Shown piece by piece: positions 12,161 to 25,836 of a stretch of DNA of 64,000 bases; the first letter of the stretch is position 1; each line of letters starts with the position of its first letter. The stretch is from Octopus vulgaris (Eukaryota). The translations under genes and the position numbers were made by a program. The notes under the pieces are model-generated. The model worked only from the letters and a program-made list of their open reading frames with translations, was not told the origin of the DNA and did not search any database. The stretch is from assembly GCA_951406725.2 (NCBI GenBank), contig OX597818.1, forward strand, positions 5,828,001-5,892,000, read 5' to 3'.

Positions 12161-13657
12161 GTGCATACATACATTTTTATAGAGACAACAACATCTGCGC
12201 GTGTGCGTGTGTGTATGTTCATGTGATCGCGTTATATCAAGTCACAAGCATACATACACATCTGTACAGTGTGTGTTCAGAAAGGAAGATCCATTAAGCG
12301 AAAAATATTAATGTAAACGTGCTTATGTACAATCAGAGACAAGGTTATTTAGAAATTGTATGAAGGGTTAATGCTTGAATGCATATCAATATATATTCAT
12401 GCGTATCTGACTATCTTTATACAGTAGTGATTTATATGCATGAATACATACATAAACTCATTAATCCATTCCTATACGCAGGCATAAATACTTGAATTTT
12501 TCACTCTGATTTTCGTAACAGAAATATAGAGTTGACGTTTTTAATTGGACTTTTCTTCTCCTAACACTACCCCTCCATTATTAAATGTCAAATAGTGATG
12601 CTGGCAGATTATTTTACCCTTCACCATTAATTCATTTCTCTATTCTTTCTTAATCTTTAATTATCCGCATATGCTGACTTTTAAACAATCATGCTTTGCT
12701 GGCTGCATATCCATTCACATAGTGCAGTTAAATTACATTCAGTTAGCATTTCTATACAATAGCCCATACATATTTTTATATGCAATTAACTTCCAGTGCA
12801 TCTAGTTTACGCTGAGGTAGCCTACATTATTTACAATTAAGTTCCTGTAGCCTCTTCCATGACATTCCATTACATGGTGTATGTCTCTCTTTAAAACTTT
12901 TGCTACATCTCTATTGCTCCCACGATTTTGCTGTATATTATTACGCTCCAATTCAATCCCTCAATATGCCTCGCAAACTTTTGACTATCTATATGAGTGA
13001 CACTCATACAATCTTTCGTTCTCCTCCCCACTCTCTCTGCTACAAGTATGAATATGTGTGTATGTGTGTATGTGTGTGTTTGTGTGTATGTGTGGTCATA
13101 TATTTACATCAGCTTTCATCGTTGGTGTAGATTCACGGTCCGCTTTAGATCTTGTGCTGGTTTACTATCCTCCGAAGTGCAGCGATGAGAACACGCCTTC
13201 GTTGCCCGTTCCGTTTACTTTTTATGTTAGCTATACAAGTGTTTCCCATGTTAACGCCAACTTCAATATAGAATGTTTAGTTGTATTTTTGTGATTTCAG
13301 CACTAAAGAAAATATGGTGCCCCTGTCTAGACAAGACTGAAACATATAACTTCTTTCGTTCGTCCACCAATCTTTCTGATGCATTGCCTGCATTATATCG
13401 TAGCACTAATAGTTGTGAAGTTGACTTCCTGCAGGATTCTGCTTGCTTTATGCTGTTACCACTTGTTCAGGATAATATGGCTATCAGCATCGGAACAAGA
13501 CAAACTGATTGCAAGACAGTGGTTTGGCATGAGAGGGAGAGAATGAGGGCATCGGTAAAAGAGCGGAGAGAAATTGCAGAATGCTAGAAACAGAAGGGAA
13601 TACTTACAAACACACAAACACATAACGCACGCACACACATACACACTTGCATGTATG

Positions 13658-13694
<37 letters not shown>

Positions 13695-13849
13695 CATATA
13701 CATACATACGTATATTCATACATAAATACATACATATATACATACATGCATACGTAGAGAGATAAAGAGATAGAGAGAAAGGGGGTAAAAAGTATGCTTA
13801 CTTCCCGATCCACTATGCAGGAAAAATGCTAACAGTAAAATGAAGAGTC

Positions 13850-14040
13850 CTTATTGGTTCCAAGTTCGGCACAAGGTCAGCAGTTTGGGTGGGTATGTCA
13901 ACTACATCGAAACAGAAATCAAGTGGTTCTTATTATATCGACCCTAAAAGGATAAAAGCCCAAACCTCAGAATGTACACACAGGCGAATACCCGCTAGGC
14001 ATGTTGCCCAGCGTGCTAACGATTCTGCCATCTCCCCATC
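13850..14040 (-). mobile_element. tRNA-derived SINE with Meta-domain-like core
   Basis: Reverse strand has head ggcagaatcgttagcacgc and core cttttatccttttagggtcgatataataaga. Homologous to 46065-46218. Confidence 0.72.
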
Positions 14041-14059
14041 TAACATTTAGTAATTATTG

Positions 14060-14680
14060 GAATATGCTTGGAACCCAGCGATGTTGAAATCGTCAACTTT
14101 CTAAGTGTTGCAAATTTTCTGTACGCAATATTCAGATGGAAGTGAAAGCTTTTGGCAAAACTGTTTCAACTATTTGAGCAACAAATGAAACTTTCTACAT
14201 GTTCAAACACTCACAGGGCTTTACAGAAGACTAGAGACGTCACTGCATATCATATAATGTCCCCGAAGTGCGGTACACTAAGATACGAATAGCTGTTATG
14301 GTTTTAAGAGTCGTGAGGGAAGAAGGTAATGTTATGCTCCATCACATCTTTCACAAGTTGTCAGGATTAGTGCAGCTAAACATATTTAAGTGCTGCAAAA
14401 TGTCATGATGACTCGGGTGGATGAGGTACGTAGTGAAACGCCAAACGTGTTTGAACGAGACCGGCCACTTATCTCGTGCTGCAGCAAGCAACCTCAGAAT
14501 GAATGTCAGACAGTCTTCACGATAGCACTAAATGTGTGGATTCCATCCTTGCCAGATTTGTTGAAAAAGAGATTAGTTGACATTCGTACTATACAATAAA
14601 TTCATGTCATACTGGAAATTAGTAAGGATCATTCAAAGCAGGCATGTCAAAGATTCCAGTCCCACATTTAAACAATTTTC
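14060..14680 (+). pseudogene. Degenerate maT/DD37D (Tc1-mariner superfamily) transposase fragment
   Basis: VMVLRVVREEGNVMLHHIF..VLQNVMMTRVDEVRSETPNVFERD..VWIPSLPDL resembles VMVLGVVSNEGHVMPPHFF..VLETVVKPWIDEV..GRPYVFQQD..WPPNSPDL. Confidence 0.68.
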
Positions 14681-14864
14681 TAATCTGAAGGTACAGTCTT
14701 ATTTTATTTTATCAGAATGCTTATCCAGAACACATATACAAATTTTAAAACCAAATACATATCTGGCGTTTGCAAGATCCTTTTATTTAATTATCAAATT
14801 TGTACTCACACAGCTGTCGCACCTGAATGTAACTTTTAGTCTATCGTTCATTATGTTTCAAATA

Positions 14865-15170
14865 TTGCACTGCGTCCATGATAGGGCACCGCATTCAGGG
14901 GTTCTTTAGTCGAACAAATCGTCCCTAGACCTTACTTTTTAAAGTTTGGTATTTGTTTCATTGTTTTCTTTTCCCGAACCGTTAAGGTTCTTTGCGAAAT
15001 CCACAGCAATTATCAAACAGTGGGTACACAAACATTGACACAAATACACACATACACATCTTTGACGAGCATGTAGACAGTTTCCATTGACAAGATGCCG
15101 CGCAATGAGACCAGACCTGAAACCATGTAGTAGCAAAGCAACTTTCTTAACCATTCAGCCACACCTGCAC
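14865..15170 (-). mobile_element. CORE-type SINE, degenerate
   Basis: ttagtcgaacaaatcg...cgaaccgttaag...aaagcaactttcttaaccattcagccacacctgc. Confidence 0.72.
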
Positions 15171-15177
15171 TTATAAA

Positions 15178-15260
<83 letters not shown>

Positions 15261-15284
15261 ATATATATATATATATATATATAT
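15178..15284. repeat. (CTAT)n/(TA)n microsatellite
   Basis: Visible run. Confidence 0.95.
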
Positions 15285-15516
15285 TAATAATAAATATTAG
15301 GGAATAAATCCAAACTTACAGGGAAAAATCAGATTTAGGATTGAATCCAATTTTATAGTAAAATATTATATTATATTAAATTAGAGACAAAACCACTATT
15401 ATATTAATTATATTTTTTAAATAATTTTGTTATATATTTAAATAATATAAATTAATCATATGTATTGGCTTAAGTTTTTCATTGTTTGATTTGCCTAATA
15501 GTGGTTTTGTCTCTAA

Positions 15517-15559
<43 letters not shown>

Positions 15560-15574
15560 TATATATATATATAT

Positions 15575-15830
15575 TAAAAAGAAGGTTTGAAAATGCAATT
15601 ATAAAAGATGATTATTTACTTGACCGGTTTCACTTTTTTAGAAAAGGATTGTCAAAAGTAACATGTAAAAGCTTTGTTATGTTAGGTACTGGTTGTCACA
15701 AAATATTACAATACATATATACATTCTTTGATAATAATAAGAACCTGTTAAAAACGGTTTACAAGGAAAACTCTTGGGAAAATATATAAAAGTTCATTAA
15801 AATATAGGATGTCTTTAAAAATCATGTTTG
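15575..15830 (-). mobile_element. Penelope-like end with hammerhead-like motif (same family as 31930-32165)
   Basis: Reverse strand: ttactt TTGACAA tccttttctaaaaaagt GAAA ccgg TC aagtaa (15616-15661). Clear homology to 31930-32165; abuts (TA)n. Confidence 0.6.
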
Positions 15831-16149
15831 TTTGGAAGTATCTATATATATATATACACAGAAAATTATAAGTTCAAAATGGTCATATTTTGGTTGTATA
15901 TATATACACAGAAAGAGATATATTTAGCTTACAAATAATTTGCGATCAACTGACTTGTTTCACAATTTTACTGTTTAAGAGGTGAGTTTAGTGGGGGGAA
16001 GGAAAAGCAATGTGAAATTGAAAAGAAGTTTTTGCTTCTCTTTCACGTTTCAGTGGATATGGGGATCAGGCTTTATAGGTCAGAATGGTTTTCCTAAGTA
16101 TGCTGTATACCGATGTGGGCGTTATAACAATCCAATATTTTAAGGATTA

Positions 16150-17640
16150 TAACAGTGGCGGCGAGTATTTAAACAGCTCACGAGTAATTGTTAAACTCGA
16201 CGACGATTTAAGTAACTCACGAGAAATATATAAACTCCACGAGAATTCTAACGTCGTACAAGGACAATGTGCGAATTTTGCGAAAACAAATCGTAAATAT
16301 ATAACAAAAACAACTGAAAGAACAACCATAGCAGCAGGTACAAATTCAAGAACGAAAGCTGAAGCAACAACAACAACACCAACAAAAACTGAACGAACAA
16401 CAACAACAGTTACTATACAGCAACAAGTACTAAAATTAATGAAGTCGTCAGGAAATTCAGAAAAAAATTCTTCTCGACAGACTATGTCACGAACTCCTTA
16501 GCGAAGTTCAATACGAATCTGACAAAGGAGTTACCATCGAGGAATATATGAGCTAATCTTCGAGAAAGAAGGTAAAGTTTGGGACGACGAGATGAAAACG
16601 CACTTAATCTTGAGAAAAATGGGGGCAACAGAACATGAACGATACAGTAATTATGTACTCCCGGTAAATGCTTCTGACATAAACGTTAATGGCACAATAG
16701 AAATATTGTTTAAAATTTTCAATGAAAAAAGCTCATCTTCAACACACGCTGGAAGTGTCTGAACATAGGGAAAAACAAGGACGTGGTCTGCTTCACAAAT
16801 GCTGGTACAGTAAACAGGGACTACGAGACATTTAAGCTGGATGAATTAACGTCAGATATGTTCAAATGCCTGATTTTTACACAGGGACTTACTAGAACTA
16901 GAATGCTCGCAAAACTGGAACAGCAAGTGTTTGAAGACTGTGAAAGGATATTCAAATTAAGACACGACACAAGTGCGAAATCGTCAGCATAGGGATAAAG
17001 CTTTTTCTAAAAAAAAATAATAATAAATAAAATAGACCCATGTTTTGCATGTGGAAGTATACACCTGAGGAAAAATTGTCCATAAAAAAAAATTCGGAGT
17101 GCTTTCGTTGTGGTAATATAAGATATATAAAGACGCAATGTAGAACGGAGATGACAAAACTTCAGAACAAAGGAAAAAAGAATATAGTATGTCATCGGTA
17201 GAAATTGATAATATAACGATAAATTGCAGTTGGACACTGATAGTAATATCACCATTATAAGTCAAAATTAATTAAATCGAGAAAGGTAGCACGTGATGTT
17301 ATGGGAAAGAGATTGTTTTTTTTAGAGAATTCGTAAGTAATGCAACATTTCGAGTTCAAACGAAAAAAGCAGATATATATGTATTAAAAAATTCACTTAA
17401 TCTATTTGGCACAGAGTGAATAGAACTATTCTAATCGTGCGATGCTCTCATAAGTGTTCTTTGTGGAAATATAGTTGGATCGGTCAAAGGTTCAAATAAG
17501 GCCGAAGGGTTGAAACAAAAAATGACAGCTAAAATCACTATAAAACAAAGTGCAACGCCAGTCTTTAGGCCCAAACAAAATGTACCATTCACAGCAATAG
17601 CCCAGGTTAGCAAGAACTGGAAAGATTGGAAATCTTGATA
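16150..17640 (+). mobile_element. Ty3/Gypsy LTR retrotransposon relic (gag, protease, start of RT)
   Basis: PBS-like aacagtggcggcgag near 16151. Gag motifs FNTRWKCLN and FKLDELTSDMFKCLIFTQGL; zinc knuckle CFACGSIHLRKNC; protease LQLDTDSNITII; TPVFRPKQNVPF..ELERLE. Confidence 0.85.
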
Positions 17641-17649
17641 TAATTGAAA

Positions 17650-19335
<1,686 letters not shown>

Positions 19336-19345
19336 TAATGATAAT

Positions 19346-20086
19346 CATTGATCATGTTGTCTCCTAGTGCAGTCTTCTAGCGCCTACAGAGTATCTCAAC
19401 AGGCATGATAGAGCTGCACAATATATCCACTGGTTAATCTGCAAAAACCTGGATTTGCCCCATGAAAAAAACTGGTGAGAACACAAACCACCTCCAGTGC
19501 TTGAAAATGACCACATCTCACTCCTCTAGAACTTCACCATTCAAACTGACAGAAAGATAGATGCAAATAGGCCAGACATCATATTGAAAGACTTCAAACA
19601 AAGAACACGTCTCCTCATTGATATGACTGTCCCAATCAATATAAACGTATCTGTCAAGACCTACCAAAAACAGCAAATATAAAGATCTTGAAATAGAAAT
19701 CATCAAAATGTGGAACCTGAAGTCTAAAACAATACCTGTTGTCATAAGTGTCCTGGGAATGATAGCAAAATGGGCTGATCGCTACCTAACTCAGATACCA
19801 GGAAACCCCAAAATGGCAGAAATTCAAAAGATAGTGCTCATGGGAACTGCTCATATCCTACGCAAAATACTTTCTATGTAATCACAGGTTTTAAAACAAA
19901 CATAATTTTCGTTTTTTTTCTTTGTTTTTTTTTAAATAATTCACTAGTACAACACTAAATACAAAACCAAATATGTGGCACACTAGGCATAACAACATCA
20001 CGAACTTCCAACCTGTTGTATCTTGAGGTCTCTGGGTGAGACTTGGAGCCAACTTGTACAAATATAAAGCAAAAGTCAAACATAGA
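19346..20086 (+). mobile_element. R4/Dong-like 3' fragment, third family
   Basis: EYLNRHDRAAQYIHW..IQTDRKIDANRPDIILKD..LIDMTVP..QKIVLMGTAHILRKILSM*. Distinct 3' UTR ending in (AAT)n. Confidence 0.9.
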
Positions 20087-20109
20087 ATAATAATAATAAT
20101 AATAATAAT

Positions 20110-20165
<56 letters not shown>

Positions 20166-20212
20166 TGATGATGATGATGATGATGATAGTGATGATGATG
20201 ATGATGATGATG

Positions 20213-20273
<61 letters not shown>

Positions 20274-20320
20274 TTATGATTATAATACTAATAATAATTG
20301 CCCTGATGCAGTACCAGGCA
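20086..20320. repeat. Compound (AAT)n/(GAT)n microsatellite
   Basis: Visible run. Confidence 0.97.
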
Positions 20321-21179
20321 GTGATTCTCATGGCTTCTGATCATAACTCATTCGAAGTGCTATCATGTACATTGTTTTGTCTTGGTATAAAAGATGGGCT
20401 ACAGCAAATATTCTGCTCAATACCACAGATTTGCTTGTCAGTTGTTTGACCGTAACCAGTTGAATATGTCCCTTTGTGGCTGACGATATGTGCATCTCTG
20501 ATCACGTGCAGAAGTAGTGGCGGAACATCATAGCCTTGAGTTGAGAGGGATTTTTTGGGGTTGGAATAAATTCACCTCTGAAAACATTGATGTTTCGTTC
20601 AACATCCTTAAACAATAGTTTATGCGCTGTTTATCTTGATGTATTACTCAGGGGTATCTTTTAAATATAGTATAATAGAAAAATATTGATGCGCAAGTAA
20701 TTCGTGTTATTTCTTCTGGTTTCTTTTATTTTATGTAATTCTCTTTTGCGTGCGCCTAGTGAGATTCTATTTGAAGTTATTCTCATTTTCAGAGGAACAT
20801 TGACCCTAGTAAAATAAACAAGAAATGTATCAATATACCAAGAAGTGTAAATATTCGTATCTGTCACTACAGGTTATGCTAGACATAAGATCAAAATAAT
20901 AGTTTGCTTTTAGATTACATCTTAAGTAAATATTATTATTACGAAAGGTGTGTAATTTTTGAGCAGGATGGGCTACTCGACCTGAAGAAAATTCTAACTG
21001 GGCCCCACCTGCAAGGTCATGTGCTGTTTATCTTGATATGCGATCACCACGTCGCGCACATATGGTTTTGATGCATGTGCCTGGTGTACCCTTATCAGAC
21101 GGGTAGTCATGATGGGTATGCTGGGCTTCGTATATTTTACCCCAGTGTCACTTTGATGGCATGCACTGCTCTCTCACTC

Positions 21180-21180
<1 letters not shown>
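20320..21180. mobile_element. Non-coding interspersed repeat between (AAT)n tracts, interrupted by a local duplication
   Basis: GC-richer block sharply bounded by (AAT)n on both sides, recalled as a common octopus repeat. Class and orientation uncertain. Confidence 0.55.
20641..20951 (+). repeat. 311-bp direct duplication, copy 1
   Basis: Near identical (about 4 substitutions seen) to 21704-22014. Confidence 0.96.
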
Positions 21181-21244
<64 letters not shown>

Positions 21245-21703
21245 GTTCCTTTTTATATCCGAGGGAAGATGGAATACGTATCAAATAACAACATGCATAG
21301 AATGTGAATTGGCTGACCCATAAATAATGAAGATGAAATATTTGAACGAAGCCTATTTGCAATAACGTCTATATCGACACAGTCTTATCATGTCTTAAAA
21401 TATAATTCTCATTGTTAGGTGAACGATCTGCAGAGATCTAGAGAATTGTTTCTTTGCCAAATGTAATTTCGTCTCTTAATGCGACTGAAGCTAAACATTT
21501 ATTTTGGACATTTCATTGATTCTGCCTTAGGTATCAATAACGTTTCACTTATTACTTAATGAACTACATGCCTACATTGAAACACATGTGCAATTCTCAC
21601 GCTATAGAATACACGCGAACAATTTCAGTCTGTTCCTACCTGTTAGATTAGTTCGATACTTCACTTGTTCAAAGAAACAGAATAATTTGCAGAATGAGCG
21701 GAA

Positions 21704-22014
21704 GTATTACTCAGGGGTATCTTTTAAATATAGTATAATAGAAATATATTGATGCGCAAGTAATTCGTGTTATTTCTTCTGGTTTCTTTTATTTTATGTA
21801 ATTCTCTTTTGCGTGCGCCTAGTGAGATTCTATTTGAAGTTATTCTCAATTTCAGAGGAACATTGACCCTAGTAAAATAAACAAGAAATGTATCAATATA
21901 CCAAGAAGTGTAAATATTCGTATCTGTCACTACAGGTTATGCTAGACATAAGATCAAAATAATAGTTTGCTTTTAGATTACATCCTAAGTAAATGTTATT
22001 ATTACGAAAGGTGT
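21704..22014 (+). repeat. 311-bp direct duplication, copy 2 (probable donor)
   Basis: Near identical to 20641-20951; embedded in AT-rich unique-looking sequence. Confidence 0.96.
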
Positions 22015-22234
22015 TTGATATATAACAGCAATAAATTATTTATTGTAAAAATAAAATTATTTAAAAATGGAAGAAGCGAATAGGCTGTAATGTCAATACA
22101 GTATTTAAACTGAATGTATGCATTACATGAACGCAGGATTATTATATGCTATTTAGAAGCCTACGTAATATATGTATATGCTTATTTATCTATCTATCTC
22201 TGTATTTATCCCACCTCTCTGTATATATATAAAT

Positions 22235-23478
22235 TTGGGGTTGGTGCAAAATCCCAAATTAGACCTAGGGTGACATGGTGGTGGATCAATGTGATTGACA
22301 GGACAATTAAAACAAAGAAACAGGCTTGGAAGAACTTAAAACGGCGGTGGTAGCAATGAGCTATATCAAGCAGTTAGAAGGAAAGCTAGGAAGCAGGTAT
22401 ACTTAGCCTGGGGCGAAACACAAAGGAAGAAGTTTGCCAAAGTTCTGCCAAGTGAGGAACAGCGGATTCAGGTGTTTCGTTTTGCAAGACAGTGCCATGA
22501 AAAATTGCGATATTGTTGGAGAGAAGTATGTTTGCATAGACGATGGTTCACTTGCAGTTAGTATTTCTGCAAATAATGAGGCTATGAAAGGCTACTAAAT
22601 GATGAGAGCTCATAGGAGAAGGAGTGTCTGCCTCATATTACTCAAGCAGGGAGAATAGCAATCCCAAAAGCAGTAGTGTTGTAGATGAAGCGATGAAGGA
22701 TATGAACACGGGGGAACCCCCCGGCCCATCAGGCTGAAATACTTGAAATATCTGGCGCTGTGGGTTATGGTCTAGCTACCTGTATAGTTAATCTGGTAGT
22801 ACATGAAGGAGTAATACTCAATGACTGGTGTAGCACTACCATAGTCAACTGCTACAAAGTTAAAGGTGAAAGATATCAAATTGTTGGATCAGTTAATGAA
22901 AGTCACAGAGAGGAACATAACCCAACTAATTTGGGAGAGAGTTAGTCTAGATGAGATGCAGTTTGGTTTTGTGCCAGAGATAAGCACCAATGATGCTATA
23001 TTTCTATTAAAGTAGCTGCAGAAGTACCTAGCCAAAGATAAACCTCTCTATTTGGCTTTTGTTGGCAGGGAGGAGACCTTTATTTGGTGATAAATGCGGA
23101 AACTAGGGATAGAGAAGTGGTTGGTGAGAACTGTATAAGTCATGTATACGGATGTAGTCAGTAAGGTGAGAGTGGGCAACAAGTAGAGCAATGAATTCAG
23201 GGTACAAGTGGGAGTTCACTAAAGATATGTTTGCATCCCACTCCTGTTCATCATAATCTTTTAGGCAATTACAGGGGAATTTAAGGCAGGATGCCTCTGA
23301 TGATCTTGTTCATAAACCTGACTCACTATCAGAACTAGAGAAGAAATTTCAGGTGTAGAAACAAAGTTTAGAATCGAAGGGCCTTAGAGTTAACCAGACA
23401 AAACCCAAAGATTTAGTAAGTAGGGAAGCTAGCAAATCTCAAATGCCTTCAGGTAGATGATCCTGCTCGATATGTAGG
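22235..23478 (+). mobile_element. RTE-clade LINE reverse transcriptase relic
   Basis: PRVTWWW..KKQAWK; EMQFGFVPEISTNDAIF; KDKPLYLAFV; MRKLGIEKWLVR; VQVGVH; PLLFII; DDLV. Many stops. Confidence 0.88.
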
Positions 23479-23506
23479 TATTTTATTTTATATATTTGTT
23501 TTGTAT

Positions 23507-23627
23507 TTACTCTGATGAAGCTCCATGTACTAGATGGAATGCGCTATAAAGATGATGAATATTATCTTCAACATTTTCTTTCATAAGCACCGACTGACAA
23601 AAGGGCAGCCGAAACGGCAGTAAGAAG
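23507..23627 (+). ncRNA. Type I hammerhead-like motif with long stem II insert
   Basis: ttact CTGATGA agct..~85 nt..agcc GAAAC ggca GTA agaag, followed by a T-rich PLE-like tail. Confidence 0.55.
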
Positions 23628-23868
23628 GGTTATGTAATGTAAAAAATAATTAACCGATGTTATTCAATTTTTTTATTTGTTGATCAAAACTTTTCTCCAT
23701 TTTCTGCTTATATAAATTTGAATTCCAGATACACTTTTGTTTATTCAGTTATTACCTTACCCTATGAGCATTGTGTGCTAGCATAGCCATGCCCAGAGTT
23801 GCATAGACATATGATACCGTTACTAAAACGGATATTCTTATCCCTTAGACGGTTATTCCAACCGCTAG

Positions 23869-24771
23869 CTCTGCTTACCTTTATACATATACATACATAT
23901 ATATATATATGTTTCCTCCCATAACAATAAGCTGCTAAATGAGACCCTCTCACCCTCGTTCGGAGACGCAGCTCCGTCTAATGCTAGAATAACGCGCAGT
24001 AATAATAATAATGATAATGATAATAGAACCGGCACAGAGATTAGCAATCTCCATACCAGCCATGGAGTTAATAATAGGAATAAGGATAGGAGCAATGGTG
24101 ACGACACTAGCGTTAGTAATGGTAATAGGGATGAGAGCCCTGTCCGAGTCATTAATGTAGAGAGTCCCAATAACATTTTTAGCAACGGTTTTGACAACAG
24201 TAGCATCACAGACATTAGCAATCACAGCGATCTAAGTGCCAGGGAATATACAGGTGACATTCCATTAAATAGTATTGATAATGGGGTGTATAATGTCGAA
24301 GACAGCCGCAGTTCTCGCAATCATCATAGTAATAAGAACGCCGTATTGATATCTGAACCCAATCCCAATAGAATAAGGTTCTTATCTAGTAATTCCAAGA
24401 TTAGAAATGCCATTTACCAATGCAGAGTTTATACTGAATCAGATGTCTACTTGTATATCGGAGCGTCATCATCAAAATTGGCCGTAAGAATATCGAACCA
24501 CTTCACAACATTTCGCGATTTTAGAAAACAACACGCGACCGGACTGAGTAAATTAATCTGGCGTTTGAAGAACGCGAATTCAGCATTTAGACTGGAATGG
24601 TCGATTTTATCGGTGTCTGCACCGTTTGATAGAGGCAAAAGAATCTGTAATCTCTGCAACTCTGAACTTTTTCACATTTTGTTCGCCCGAGGGCAGCTAG
24701 TAAGCTCGATTTTGCAAAACTCTTTCAGATGTTCCCACTGGAGGCGGCACACATTTCTTGCATACAATTGA
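23869..24771 (+). CDS. Stop-free 300-codon frame: PLE linker, Asn/Asp/Ser-rich spacer, GIY-YIG endonuclease (no RT, no in-frame ATG)
   Basis: ORF 24286-24771 extends upstream in frame to a TAG at 23866. Motifs VSSHNNKLL, NAIYQC, LYIGASS, RISNH, GLSKLIWRLK, WSIL, CNLCNSE, CSH are typical of the C-terminal endonuclease of Penelope-like elements. Confidence 0.75.
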   Translation, partial: LCLPLYIYIHIYIYVSSHNNKLLNETLSPSFGDAAPSNARITRSNNNNDNDNRTGTEISNLHTSHGVNNRNKDRSNGDDTSVSNGNRDESPVRVINVESPNNIFSNGFDNSSITDISNHSDLSAREYTGDIPLNSIDNGVYNVEDSRSSRNHHSNKNAVLISEPNPNRIRFLSSNSKIRNAIYQCRVYTESDVYLYIGASSSKLAVRISNHFTTFRDFRKQHATGLSKLIWRLKNANSAFRLEWSILSVSAPFDRGKRICNLCNSELFHILFARGQLVSSILQNSFRCSHWRRHTFLAYN

Positions 24772-25381
24772 AGCCTAAGATAATTAACACCTTGATGTCC
24801 TAAGAAAAGAAAAAAAAATTTGGAAAAAAAAATTTTGAAAAAAATTTTGAATTAAATTTGTAAAGGGAAATTACTCCCCTTTTAGCGTATGATCTGCTAC
24901 TTATTTAGAAACAATATCAGGGATTATACTCCCCTTGTTTGACAAGTCATCTGTGTGTAAACTGACCACAGACGAACACACAGACACAGGCTTTTTTCAG
25001 CCGCTTGACCTACAATATCTGCAATATATTTTCCCTCTAGCTGCTTCCTAACATACTGCCACGCATACACAGGCGCACACACACATACATGTAAGTAGTT
25101 TCTCACACCCAAATAAGATAGCTTTCATTCTTAAAACAATTCGAACATTAACATTAGTTATACAGAATATATTCACACTCTTTGGTTTTCTGGAATTCTT
25201 CCCCTGCCAAATTTAACCGCAGTTTGACCTCGATTTATTCCAACGGACTTTTTCGTCGGCCTTCACCCACCCTGACGTCAACGCACATTGAGAGACAGTT
25301 TTGTGCCTTACCATGGGCTCCTAGGGAGCGTTTTGTTCGAATAACTTGCTGCGCATTTGTTTGGAGATTTAAATTCCTGGT

Positions 25382-25465
25382 TTTTCCAGAAGAGAAAGCT
25401 GCAAAATGGTCTCCTTATTCAATCCGAATTTGGAAATTTGCAGCCTTTGAAACATGTGTAGAAAA
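25382..25465 (+). ncRNA. Type I hammerhead-like motif at the 3' end of the GIY-YIG element (U4A)
   Basis: ttttc CAGAAGA gaaagctgcaaa..tttgcagccttt GAAAC atgt GTA gaaaa: 5-bp stem I, ~11-bp stem II, minimal stem III. Confidence 0.68.
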
Positions 25466-25671
25466 TAATAAAAAGGAATTTTGTAGAATCTTCGTTCAGC
25501 TCCATTTCTTCCCTTCACTAAATATATAAAACTTCAATTATCCGTGCTAAGGCACGGTTGCGACACCCCATGGTCGTAACCTCAACCGTGTTTTTTCTGT
25601 TGTGATTTTTGCTACCCAGGTATCGGTTAAATTTTGAATAATCCGTAACGAGATAATTCATTTATCCATTT

Positions 25672-25673
<2 letters not shown>

Positions 25674-25745
<72 letters not shown>

Positions 25746-25754
25746 GTGTGTATG

Positions 25755-25787
<33 letters not shown>

Positions 25788-25836
25788 ATGTGTGTGTGTG
25801 TGTGTGTGCACGTTTGTGTGTGTGCGTGTGTGTGTA
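25674..25836. repeat. (TA)n/(TG)n microsatellite
   Basis: Visible run. Confidence 0.95.

Noticed and set aside
16085-16501. 138-aa Thr-rich ORF
   Set aside because: Overlaps the Gypsy leader/gag start; the Thr runs come from (ACA)n repeats.
20661-21930. Two near-identical 68-aa ORFs suggesting paralogous small genes
   Set aside because: By-product of the 311-bp local duplication; non-ATG start and no recognisable domain.
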